Shown: positions 36,834-47,196 of the stretch, piece by piece
Layout of the letters: each line of letters begins with the position of its first letter
How positions within the stretch are numbered: position 1 is the first letter of the stretch
Assembly: GCA_958296135.2 (NCBI GenBank)
Contig: CATQHZ020000001.1
Location: 1,280,001-1,344,000, forward strand
Direction: 5' to 3'
From: an uncultured Poribacteria bacterium
GTDB taxonomy: Bacteria; Poribacteria; WGA-4E; WGA-3G
DNA length: 64,000 bases
Translations under genes and position numbers: made by a program
The notes under the pieces: generated by a model
Seen by the model: only the letters and a program-made list of their open reading frames with translations
The model's database searches: none
What the model was told of the DNA's origin: nothing

Positions 36834-39809
36834 ATGCCAAAAGTGAACATAGAAAACCCTGTCATCAACAGTCCGTTTGACGAACCGCAACGCCACTTCA
36901 AATTCGATGAACGCGGCATCACCGAAGACATCGTCAACGGAAGACGTAGAAGTGAATACTTCATCCCGGTGCCGAAACCGAGGCAGCAGCCAAAAGAGGT
37001 TCAGACGCAGCTGGAACTGCACGTGCCAGAACTCCGAGAGGCGAACGCCTTCATCAACCGGGTGCGCGAAGAAGTCAGTGCTTGGCGGACAAGCGGCTAC
37101 CCCGGCGTAACGGACACAACGAAACGCTTACTGAAACATTGGAACGACACAACCCGAGAGCTCCGGTTGTTTTTCTGCCAACGCGAGGCTGTGGAAACCG
37201 CTATCTATATCCACGAAGTGGCAGATCCGCGGCGAAGTGGTTCAATTCATAGCATCCTCACGAAGACAAATGAGGATACGAATCCTGGGCTTTTTCGCAT
37301 CGCTTTCAAGATGGCGACGGGGAGTGGCAAAACTGTCGTGTTGGCGATGCTCATCGTCTATCATACGTTGAACAAAATCGCTGCGCCGCGCAATCCCCGC
37401 TTTTCCGATGCGTTTCTTGTTGTCACGCCGGGGCTGACCATCCGTGACCGGCTCCAAGTGCTACGCCCGGAACACTCGGACAACTACTACGAGGCGATGA
37501 ACCTACTGCCGCCCGAAGACAGGAATGCACTTGCCCACGCGAAGATTGTCGTCACGAACTACCACGCGTTCCAACATCGGAAGAATGCCGACGTGAGTCG
37601 GCTCGGTAGGAAACTCATCGGTGAGGGCGGAGCCCAGCTTGATGAAACCGGCGACGAGATGGTTAGCCGGGTTTGCCGCGCGTTCAGCCGGAAGCGGAAC
37701 ATTATTGTCCTCAACGATGAGGCGCACCACTGCTATCGCCCGAAACAGGCGACGAAGATTCGGGCATCTGAGGCAGACAGCGCGCGGCTGTGGATAAGCG
37801 GCCTGGGGGCAGTGCAAGCGAAACTCGGCATCAAAACCGTTTACGATTTATCGGCGACACCTTTCTTCCTCAGCGGTTCCGGCTATAGCCAAAAGTTACC
37901 GAACGGGCAGCGACTCACGGAAGGCGTGCTGTTTCCGTGGGTTGTCTCTGATTTCGCGCTTATTGATGCGATTGAATGCGGCATCGCCAAGATACCGCGT
38001 GTCCCTGTTGCAGACGATGCGATGACTGGCGAGGCACCTATCTATCGCAATCTCTGGAACGTGATCGGGAAAAAGTTGCGTAAAAGAGCGGTAGGCGAGG
38101 GCCCGCAGTTGCCCGCTGAGTTAGAAACTGCGCTCAGAAGCCTCTACGAAAACTATGAAGGCGCGTATCAGCAGTGGGAGAAAAAACCGGGAGACTTGAC
38201 ACCTCCCGTAATGATTCTCGTTTGTAACGACACGCGCACCTCCAAACGTGTCTACGATTGGATTGCCGGTTGGGAGAAGAAGGACAACGCCGGTGGCACC
38301 GTGGTTGTTCCCGGGAACCTCCCTATTTTCAACAACGAAGTCAACGGCGCGTGGAGCGAGAAGCTGAATACGCTTATCATTGATAGCAAGCAGTTAGAGT
38401 CCGGCGAGGCACTCAAAAGCGCGTTTAAGAAAGCCGCGCAGACCGAAATTTCGCAGTTCAAGCGTAGTCGCAACGACGAGAATGTTACCGACGAAGCCCT
38501 TCTGCGTGAGGTGATGAACACTGTCGGGCAAAAGGGAAAACTCGGTGAGCAGATTAAGTGCGTTGTCTCTGTGTCTATGCTGAGTGAGGGCTGGGATGCG
38601 AAACGGGTGACGCATATCCTCGGTGTTCGCGCGTTCAGCACGCAGTTGCTCTGCGAACAAGTCGTTGGCAGAGGGTTGCGCCGTTCCAGTTACGACACCG
38701 AACTGTCGACGCTTAACGTCAACGGCGAGGAAATTCCGTTAGAAACGTTTCCACCGGAATACGCCGCTGTCTACGGTGTACCGTTCTCGTTTATTCCCGC
38801 GACCGGCATTGGCCGCACGCCACGACAGCGGCCGATTACCTTTGTAGAGGCACTGCAGGAGCGCGCTGCGTGTGAAATCACGTTTCCGAACGTGGTGGGG
38901 TATCGCCGTCACGTGCCGCCTGAAAAGCTGCGGGCTGTTTTCACCGAAGAGTCGCGGTATCAAGTCTCAACTGCGGAGATTCCTAGCCGTATAGAAGTCA
39001 GCGATATCACCGGCAAAATTATTGAAGGCGAAGCCCTCTATTCAACAAGATTTCGCGTTCAGGAAACCGAATTCCACATTGCAAGGGTGCTTCTGGAACA
39101 TTACTTTCGGGACGATGATGGCGATGTCCGACATTGGCTTTTCCCGCAGTTGCTCGGTATGACGCGGCGGTGGCTGAAAGAGTGTGTTAACTACAAAGAC
39201 AACACTTATCCGCAGTGCTTTCGTATTGACGAGATTGCGCGAAAAGCGGCGCACCGTATCAATAGTGCCATCCTCCGTGCCGAACGTCTCCACAGCAACG
39301 AGGTGTCAGCGCGGCCACTGCCCTTGCTTCCGATACTGGGCGCGCCTCTCGGTTCCACGCGAAACGTCGCGTTTGAGACGGCCAAACCGGTATGGAGCAC
39401 ACATCCGGAGAAGTGTCACGTTTCGCATGTCGTTGCGGACACGGAGTCGTGGGAGCAGAAAGCGGCGGCGGCATTGGAGCAGATGGATGAAGTGCGTGCT
39501 TACGTGAAAAATCATCACTTAGGTTTCACGATTCCGTATCTCACTCACAACTTGGAGAAGCGGCACTACGTTCCGGATTTCATCGTCCGTATCCAAGACG
39601 GTGAAGACGTTGTCAACCTGATGCTTGAGGTATCCGGGGTTGAACGCGAGGATAAACGTCAGAAGGTGGATACCGCCAAAAACTTGTGGGTGCCGGCGGT
39701 GAACAACCACGGCGGATTTGGGAAGTGGGCGTTTTTGGAAATTACAGATCCGTGGAATATCCAGAGCGACATCCGCGCCTTTAGGCTATCCTCTCAAGTT
39801 CGGTGTTGA
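36834..39809 (+). CDS. Type III restriction endonuclease Res1 (SF2 helicase plus nuclease)
   Basis: FFCQREA, KMATGSGKT, LNDEAHH, LSATP, MLSEGWD, EQVVGRGLRR, YVPDF...MLEVSG. Confidence 0.93.
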   Translation: MPKVNIENPVINSPFDEPQRHFKFDERGITEDIVNGRRRSEYFIPVPKPRQQPKEVQTQLELHVPELREANAFINRVREEVSAWRTSGYPGVTDTTKRLLKHWNDTTRELRLFFCQREAVETAIYIHEVADPRRSGSIHSILTKTNEDTNPGLFRIAFKMATGSGKTVVLAMLIVYHTLNKIAAPRNPRFSDAFLVVTPGLTIRDRLQVLRPEHSDNYYEAMNLLPPEDRNALAHAKIVVTNYHAFQHRKNADVSRLGRKLIGEGGAQLDETGDEMVSRVCRAFSRKRNIIVLNDEAHHCYRPKQATKIRASEADSARLWISGLGAVQAKLGIKTVYDLSATPFFLSGSGYSQKLPNGQRLTEGVLFPWVVSDFALIDAIECGIAKIPRVPVADDAMTGEAPIYRNLWNVIGKKLRKRAVGEGPQLPAELETALRSLYENYEGAYQQWEKKPGDLTPPVMILVCNDTRTSKRVYDWIAGWEKKDNAGGTVVVPGNLPIFNNEVNGAWSEKLNTLIIDSKQLESGEALKSAFKKAAQTEISQFKRSRNDENVTDEALLREVMNTVGQKGKLGEQIKCVVSVSMLSEGWDAKRVTHILGVRAFSTQLLCEQVVGRGLRRSSYDTELSTLNVNGEEIPLETFPPEYAAVYGVPFSFIPATGIGRTPRQRPITFVEALQERAACEITFPNVVGYRRHVPPEKLRAVFTEESRYQVSTAEIPSRIEVSDITGKIIEGEALYSTRFRVQETEFHIARVLLEHYFRDDDGDVRHWLFPQLLGMTRRWLKECVNYKDNTYPQCFRIDEIARKAAHRINSAILRAERLHSNEVSARPLPLLPILGAPLGSTRNVAFETAKPVWSTHPEKCHVSHVVADTESWEQKAAAALEQMDEVRAYVKNHHLGFTIPYLTHNLEKRHYVPDFIVRIQDGEDVVNLMLEVSGVEREDKRQKVDTAKNLWVPAVNNHGGFGKWAFLEITDPWNIQSDIRAFRLSSQVRC

Positions 39810-40035
39810 GGGACAGGCCCTCAACCTACGGTTTCGTTGGAGTCTTGCCTGCTAGCCGTATCGCGAGGGCCTGTCCCTCGCGATATTCAGGTTAAGTTCG
39901 GTGTTGAGGGACAGGCCCTCAACCTACGGTTTTGTTGGTGTCTTTGCGGTGTTGAGGGACAGGCCCTCAACCTACGGTTTTGTCGGTGTCTTCGGTGTTG
40001 AGGGACAGGCCCTCAACCTACGGTTTCGTTGGTGT
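39801..40035. repeat. REP array: 4 copies of CGGTGTTGAGGGACAGGCCCTCAACCTACGGTTT plus one inverted variant
   Basis: Units end CCTAC at 39829, 39927, 39975 and 40021; internal palindrome GTTGAGGG/CCCTCAAC. Confidence 0.9.
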
Positions 40036-40046
40036 TTTCACCGTAA

Positions 40047-41408
<1,362 letters not shown>

Positions 41409-41421
41409 TATTTCGCAATGC

Positions 41422-41592
41422 GTTCGGCTGGCCGCCCTTGTTCAAGTGAGGTTGTCTTACCAGGCCACATCGACGTTGTCGATGTTTACGTTCCTTGTAC
41501 TCTTATCGCTGACATACAAGTTTTGACAACGTCAAGACGAACTGGGAAGTAGACGCTGTCTACCCGGACCCAGTTGAACAACCGCTAGGAAC
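41422..41592 (+). ncRNA. Candidate structured RNA (long irregular rod, 6S-like size)
   Basis: Nested pairings TTGTTCAA/TTGAACAA, CCAG/CTGG, GACGTTGTCGA/TTGACAACGTC, CTTGTA/TACAAG; G-U pairs favour the + strand. Confidence 0.35.
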
Positions 41593-41600
41593 AACAAAAA

Positions 41601-41894
41601 ATGCGCATTTTTCGTTATATTTTATTCGTGGTTGCGCTCGCCTTGCTGGGTGCCAGTATCAAGCAGTTCATCAACGGCTACGGTGACTGGCAGGCCGCCC
41701 AAATTGCTGAGCAGGCATATCAGGCGGAGCTCAGGGAGCTTGAGGCGCAGCGCGACGCGATGAAGCATCGCATTGAGATGCTAAAAACCGACGATTTAAC
41801 CAAGCAGCGTATCGCAAGGAAACGGCTTGGTTACATCAAACCTGGCGAGATTAAATACAAGTTCGTCAGCCCGAATCAGAACAATGGCTTGTAA
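41601..41894 (+). CDS. ftsB: Septum formation initiator FtsB/DivIC family
   Basis: TM helix, coiled coil, IARKRLGYIKPGE; directly after eno. Confidence 0.85.
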   Translation: MRIFRYILFVVALALLGASIKQFINGYGDWQAAQIAEQAYQAELRELEAQRDAMKHRIEMLKTDDLTKQRIARKRLGYIKPGEIKYKFVSPNQNNGL

Positions 41895-41982
41895 TCCGAT
41901 TCGCTAAACGTTACTTTAACCGTTTCGCGAGGGAAAACCTGTCCCTCGCGAAAGTTTGATTCTTTACAAAGAAGGAGTTTTC

Positions 41983-43089
41983 ATGCTACATCAATTTTTT
42001 GTCAACGCGCCTGTCCGGAAATGCCCGCTAACCTGCGGACTTTTGGCGGCGTTCATGCTTATGACAGTCACCTTGTTTTCAGGGTGCGAGCGGGTGCAAC
42101 AAGTTGTTGCCCCTCCGGAGAGTGTTTCCACAGACGCGGTGCGTTCCTGCACCGATGGCACGCGCGTCCTCAACGTCGGCTTCTATGCGTTTTTTGCGCC
42201 GGTAAGTTATAGTGCCGACGAAGACCCGGGCTCCCCCGAATTCAACACGCATCGCGGTTACGAGGCAGACTTGCTGACGGCACTGGAGGCGATGGAAGGT
42301 GCTGGGCTATCGTTTAAACGGACGGCTATCCCGGCTTGGGACGGCATCTGGCTCAAATCAACTGAACCGGCGTTTGATATGATCGGCGGTGGGATTACGA
42401 TTCTTGATTCTCGGACGCGCGATGCGGATGGCACGCCGCGCGTCACCTTTACGTCTGGACATATCAACTTCCAGCAGTCACTTCTGGTGCGCGCCGAGGA
42501 TGCGGAGCGTCTTGCGACGCATGCAGACTTAACGAGCGATGTCCGAGTGGGTGCTCTTCCGGGGACGACTGGCGAGAACCGCCTGCTCCAGTTGACGGCT
42601 CTCACCGATGCCGGTGGGATTCTCGCTGCGGGTACGCGGGTTGAGACACCGCAAGGCGCAGTGGTTGCCGATGGCACGGATGCTTACGTTATCCAAGCTT
42701 CCGGTGCGACGCCGAATCTGGAGGGACGCACGCATCTCTATCCGCCTTCTGAGAACATGCCGCAAGTCGTCTATCTTGGAAGCGAATTGGGTGAATCCGA
42801 GTTGCTGGCGGCACTTGATGCGGGTGAGATAGAGGCAGTTGCCCGGGGCGGCATTGGAAACGGCGAGGTTGCGGCGGATTCCGGGGGCGCGCTTGTCGTT
42901 ACGGCGCTTGATGAACAGGTAGAATACGGCGGTTTCACCTTCGCGTTAGAAGACGCTGAGCTCGCCGCCTGTATTGATGAGAAGATAAACTACCTCACCA
43001 ATAACCGTGCGCTCGGGTATGAGGCGTGGCTGGCGGACCCGGGCATCTTCATGAAGCGCGCTGAAATGTGGAGCGCAGAGATGCAATAG
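41983..43089 (+). CDS. Periplasmic substrate-binding lipoprotein (family 3-like)
   Basis: Lipobox LFSGC, LNVGFYAFFAPVSY, GYEADL, GGGITILDSR, VGALPGTTGE; AAGGAG SD. Confidence 0.8.
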   Translation: MLHQFFVNAPVRKCPLTCGLLAAFMLMTVTLFSGCERVQQVVAPPESVSTDAVRSCTDGTRVLNVGFYAFFAPVSYSADEDPGSPEFNTHRGYEADLLTALEAMEGAGLSFKRTAIPAWDGIWLKSTEPAFDMIGGGITILDSRTRDADGTPRVTFTSGHINFQQSLLVRAEDAERLATHADLTSDVRVGALPGTTGENRLLQLTALTDAGGILAAGTRVETPQGAVVADGTDAYVIQASGATPNLEGRTHLYPPSENMPQVVYLGSELGESELLAALDAGEIEAVARGGIGNGEVAADSGGALVVTALDEQVEYGGFTFALEDAELAACIDEKINYLTNNRALGYEAWLADPGIFMKRAEMWSAEMQ

Positions 43090-43122
43090 ACGCGCGCTGT
43101 TTTTCTGGCAGGCGAGGGAAAC

Positions 43123-46100
43123 CTATCCCTCGCCTGATTTCAACGCAATGCCGGCTCTCTCAAACATCACTTCCAAATACGACTTCCGCTTAGAAAACGG
43201 GCTGGTAGAGCCGTCTTCCATTTTCTCGTGCCAATTCAAGCGGAGAATGTGAGAATCTATCATATTCTCGGCAATCCATGCATCCGATTTTCCCTTCCCG
43301 AGCTCAGAACTGTCTCGGAGAAGGATGAACGAATGGAGACAGAACGTTCGACCTTGCGTTGCTGCTAGCCGCTTCTCAAGCGTCGTCAGCGTCTTGTCCT
43401 CCGATTTACGCGCCAGTCTCACTTTTGGATGATAACGAAGCGTTGTATCGTCAATGATGGCGCGCTGTCCCTTCGGATCGATGAAGAGGATGTGCGTTAC
43501 CTCGTGCGTGGTATCAATTGCCCACAGCACAAAATCCGGAAAATAGCTGCCCTCATCGCTCTCTAAATAGATACCGATTTTCCCAACGTTCCGCATCAGA
43601 TAGAATTCGTATCGTTCGCTGTTACGAGAAAATCGCCGGAGATACTCCATCAAGTCTTCGACGAATTTCTTTTCGCCTGCATTTAGTCTGTCCGGTGAGA
43701 TTTTGACATTGTTGAGTCGGGACAGGGATGTCCCTCCTCTTGTTCGGGACAGGGATGCCCCTTCTACCCAGACCGCCGGGTCTAACAGCAGCGGCTCGTA
43801 AATATGCCGATGATGCTTTCCCAACGACAACACCAGCGATTTCTGAATCTCTGACTCTGGATTCTCACGTGTGTTGCGTGCGGTATCCACCGCCGCAAGG
43901 AACGCCTCGTATGCCTCGCGCGTTTGGAATTCCTTTGTCACCGAGTATTCATAGATAAAATCTTTGCGCGCTAACGGTTCGTAGACATAGTTCGCGCGGT
44001 TGATGTGCGCGTTGATGCGGTTCCGCAGTTTACGGATGACATCAATTGCCACGCGGCGATTGAGCCGGTCTGTCCATGCAATCAGGTCATCGGCGGGCTT
44101 CTGATAGCGGATTTCCTCGATTAACGCGAGCAAATCGTCTATCGTCGGCATCTGCTTGTCGGCATAGATTTGCAACTGATTTTTCTGTGCTTCGCGATGA
44201 ATCACGGCGGCGAGCCCTGCACGATTCAGATAGCGGCGATACCGTTCATTGGATTGCCGGAGCTCTTCGTAAACATTCGGTGCGTGCTGTGTCTTATCGG
44301 TTCGGTAATCCAACGTCTGCACGCGCCAATTGTTGAGCGTGCCGCTTTTTTCGATGCAGTTAGCCGCGGTAGGCGCGCTTTCCAAGCGCGCACGGGTATC
44401 AAGATAGGTATACCGAATGTTGCCATTCCTGATAAAAACACGCTTGATACCCCTATTCGCGCTGCCTGACTGTTTGAAGATAGGCAATTTGTGCCGGTAG
44501 TCCTCAAAGTCAATAGACGTGTTTGCATCCACTCGAAAGAAGGTTGATGTTACCGGTACCTTAAAGGTATGAAACCGCGGTACACCGCCTTCATGAACCT
44601 CCTTAATAAATCTTTCAAGGTAACTGCGCTGCAAGCTGAAAACAGTCAACGTTTCCAATTTCCTAATGGCGGCTTCCTTGTCTTGGGCGAGGAGGTAATA
44701 ATTGTCATTGTGGGCAAGATAACGCCGTTTGCCGTTGCTGCCTTTTCCGCGGAGCCGTACGCCGCGTCCGAAAATCTGAATAATCAGGTTGCCCTTGGAG
44801 TGCCCCAAATTAATCAGATCGATGACAGAGAGGCGATAGGAGTTCCATCCCTCTGCAAACTTCCGACTGCCGATCAGGACGTTGATGGGACTGCCTTCGT
44901 CGTCAAGGTTTTCAAAGCGAAGGCGTGAAGTTGTGATTACCTCCTCGCGCTTTTCAATGCGTGAGTTTTCAATGCTGTTGTAAAACCGCAGTCCATCGCC
45001 GACGTTAATCATCCCCCACTTTTCGCCTTCGCCGTAGGAGAGGAGCAGTTCGTTGTTGTTTTCAGGAGTGCGCGCGACAACGAGCGGCCCGATGATGTCT
45101 CCGCCGAAAACGGAACGGAGTCGCTGGCGTTCTGCCTCTGTCAGGGCCGCGAGAAAATCCAACACCTTTTGGATGTCCGACACCTCATCGTTTTCGCCTT
45201 CCTTGTCGGGATTCTCCACCGTGTGTCCCATAAACGCCATCAAGGGCCTGTGATACGTCAGATCGATGTCGATTTCTTCACTTTGGCGTAGCCTTTTGAA
45301 GGTTTGCAACTTGTCTTCCATCACGTGGAAACATTCGTTCAGGTTATCCCGAATTTCTGTGTCGGCATCGGCGACTTGATCTGCGGCGATGGGTTTGAAA
45401 AAATGGTCCTTCCCGTATCCGTCGCCGTAGAATCGTGCGTAGTCGTAGCGGTAGATGATGGCGTTGTCGTATGCCTCTTTCAGTTCCTTCGCGACGTTGT
45501 GGAAGGTGGCGGAGTACTCGAAGAGGAAGGAGGAACCAACGTTGAGCCGGCTGCGCAGTTTTCGGAATTCACCCGATTGCTTACTGCTCAGGCCGATGTG
45601 TGCTTCGTCCACCAAGATCAGCCTGCGAACGCGTTCGTCTTCCGATAGGCGGAAATAGTCGTCTGGTTTCTGCAGGAGAGCCTGTGTGGTGTTGATTGTC
45701 AGTTCCAACCGATTGTTGTAAACCTCGTTGAGTTTGCGCACGTAAGGTTCTAACTCGCGCCGATGCTGTTGAATGAGTTCGGCGAGCGGCGTTGTCAAAA
45801 AGAGTTGGACGCGGTAGTCCTCTTTTTCACAGAAATGGTGAAGGTATTGGAGGATGTTGAGGTGCATGACGAGGGTTTTCCCGCTGCCAGTCGCCATCCA
45901 ATACGCGAGCATATTTTTGCCGTTCGGTGCCCCGGGTGCTGCCGCCGCGTCCGACAAGAAACACTCGGTGAAAAGCAACGCCAGTATCTGGTAATACCGG
46001 AGTTTGAAATTCTGCTCTGTCACGTTGTTGTATTGTTCAAGGAAATCCTGAATTTTCTCTAACGGTTCGGCGGGGAGGCCTAACCCCCGGTCGTATCCCT

Positions 46101-46179
46101 CGATTGCGTATTTGATACCGTTGTCCGAGGTGTCGATTCCGTTAAGGATTTCTTGTTCATAAGTTTGATAGCGTGTCAT
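43123..46179 (-). CDS. Type III restriction endonuclease Res2 (SF2 helicase plus PD-(D/E)XK nuclease)
   Basis: WMATGSGKT, LVDEAH, EYSATF, FAEGWN, QIFGRGVR, YFPDF...FIDPKG; GAGGA SD before ATG 46179. Confidence 0.92.
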   Translation of the reverse strand: MTRYQTYEQEILNGIDTSDNGIKYAIEGYDRGLGLPAEPLEKIQDFLEQYNNVTEQNFKLRYYQILALLFTECFLSDAAAAPGAPNGKNMLAYWMATGSGKTLVMHLNILQYLHHFCEKEDYRVQLFLTTPLAELIQQHRRELEPYVRKLNEVYNNRLELTINTTQALLQKPDDYFRLSEDERVRRLILVDEAHIGLSSKQSGEFRKLRSRLNVGSSFLFEYSATFHNVAKELKEAYDNAIIYRYDYARFYGDGYGKDHFFKPIAADQVADADTEIRDNLNECFHVMEDKLQTFKRLRQSEEIDIDLTYHRPLMAFMGHTVENPDKEGENDEVSDIQKVLDFLAALTEAERQRLRSVFGGDIIGPLVVARTPENNNELLLSYGEGEKWGMINVGDGLRFYNSIENSRIEKREEVITTSRLRFENLDDEGSPINVLIGSRKFAEGWNSYRLSVIDLINLGHSKGNLIIQIFGRGVRLRGKGSNGKRRYLAHNDNYYLLAQDKEAAIRKLETLTVFSLQRSYLERFIKEVHEGGVPRFHTFKVPVTSTFFRVDANTSIDFEDYRHKLPIFKQSGSANRGIKRVFIRNGNIRYTYLDTRARLESAPTAANCIEKSGTLNNWRVQTLDYRTDKTQHAPNVYEELRQSNERYRRYLNRAGLAAVIHREAQKNQLQIYADKQMPTIDDLLALIEEIRYQKPADDLIAWTDRLNRRVAIDVIRKLRNRINAHINRANYVYEPLARKDFIYEYSVTKEFQTREAYEAFLAAVDTARNTRENPESEIQKSLVLSLGKHHRHIYEPLLLDPAVWVEGASLSRTRGGTSLSRLNNVKISPDRLNAGEKKFVEDLMEYLRRFSRNSERYEFYLMRNVGKIGIYLESDEGSYFPDFVLWAIDTTHEVTHILFIDPKGQRAIIDDTTLRYHPKVRLARKSEDKTLTTLEKRLAATQGRTFCLHSFILLRDSSELGKGKSDAWIAENMIDSHILRLNWHEKMEDGSTSPFSKRKSYLEVMFERAGIALKSGEG

Positions 46180-46249
46180 CGGTTTATCCTCGGATGCGCC
46201 GCGAGCGGGCTGGTTGCCGGGAGCCAAATCCACGCATAAGGCGACCTGC

Positions 46250-46450
46250 TTATGCGAAGCAACACAGGCATTTTTTGTAGGCGTAACGGTTTTCGACCTG
46301 GACACGCAGCTGCGCGCTGTATCGCGTCGCATTGCTGAGCATCTGGTCATCGGTTGTTAAAAAGATGTCAGCATTGCCGAATTCAGCACAAGCAATATGC
46401 AAGGCATCATAGGGCTTAAATCCCAACGATTCCAGTTTCGGTGAGTCGGC
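46250..46450 (-). pseudogene. PIN-domain (VapC-like) gene remnant, C-terminal half only
   Basis: LESLGFKPYDALHIACAEFGNADIFLTTDD...VENR; no N-terminal DT(N/C) strand upstream. Confidence 0.7.
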
Positions 46451-46518
46451 TGAGTGCCAACCCGACATCAATAATTCTATCACATTTCTGGCCAAATTGC
46501 CAGAGGAAAAATCTGCGC

Positions 46519-47196
46519 TTACAGAGATGTCTCCTCCCACACCGTGCCCGTGTCAAAATCGGCTGTGGTGATGAGATGCACCTCGCGCAGATCGGCGTGT
46601 TGGAGCAAGGCATCCTGGTCTGCATCGGAGTTCACGTCTAATCGCCGCACGCCTGCTAACCGCGGGTCTGCCAGGATCTTCAACAACTGCGCTGTGTCGT
46701 TTGTATCATCGGTGACGTTGCGGAAGACTACCAAGCGTTGTGAGCTTTTGACGACGCGGTAGGTTCGCGCGCCATTGAGACTAGGGGGCTCTCCTACGGG
46801 GGATAATCGAGACCGGGAGGTCTCTCCTACGGGAGGGGAGTCGAGACCAGGGGTTTCGCCTACGGGGGAGTCGAGACGAGAGGGCTCTCCTACGGGGGAT
46901 AATCGAGACCGGGAGGTCTCTCCTACCGGGGAGCGAGACCGGGAGGGCTCTCCTACTGCAAGATCGAAGCGCAGGCGGCGTTCAATTGGGAGCCCTTTGA
47001 GATAACAGTAGGACTCCACGATGTCCACAATGCCTTCGGTGCTAGCCTTGCCGTAGGTGATGCTGTTGGAAAACGGCGCACGTAAGTCTAGCATCAGCCG
47101 AATCTGCTGTTCCTCCGGCCGATAGAGGTATGTGATAGGAATTCGGGATTGGAAATCGCTATGGATAGTTGAATTGTTAAATTTTGACGGGGGGGG
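46519..47196 (-). CDS. Mod2 C-terminal domain, in the +1 frame after the C tract, containing an in-frame REP array
   Basis: Frame open from the tract: PPPSKFNNSTIHSDFQSRIPITYLYRPEEQQIRLMLDLRAPF...VDIVESYCYLKGL...LVVFRN, resembling Type III Mod C-termini. Confidence 0.8.
   Translation of the reverse strand, partial: PPPSKFNNSTIHSDFQSRIPITYLYRPEEQQIRLMLDLRAPFSNSITYGKASTEGIVDIVESYCYLKGLPIERRLRFDLAVGEPSRSRSPVGETSRSRLSPVGEPSRLDSPVGETPGLDSPPVGETSRSRLSPVGEPPSLNGARTYRVVKSSQRLVVFRNVTDDTNDTAQLLKILADPRLAGVRRLDVNSDADQDALLQHADLREVHLITTADFDTGTVWEETSL
46776..46957 (-). repeat. Six tandem REP copies inside the Mod2 C-terminal frame
   Basis: CCTAC ends at 46797, 46830, 46863, 46893, 46926 and 46956; translate as VGE(P/T)SRSR/LDSP units. 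Confidence 0.92.

Noticed and set aside
39801-40035. Possible CRISPR array (34-bp palindromic repeat x4)
   Set aside because: Intervening sequences are mostly 12-14 bp and similar to each other, spacing is irregular, the unit is a GTAG REP found elsewhere, and there are no cas genes
46180-46350. 57-aa N-terminal extension of Res2 in the ORF track
   Set aside because: Overlaps the PIN remnant; the ATG at 46179 has a good SD
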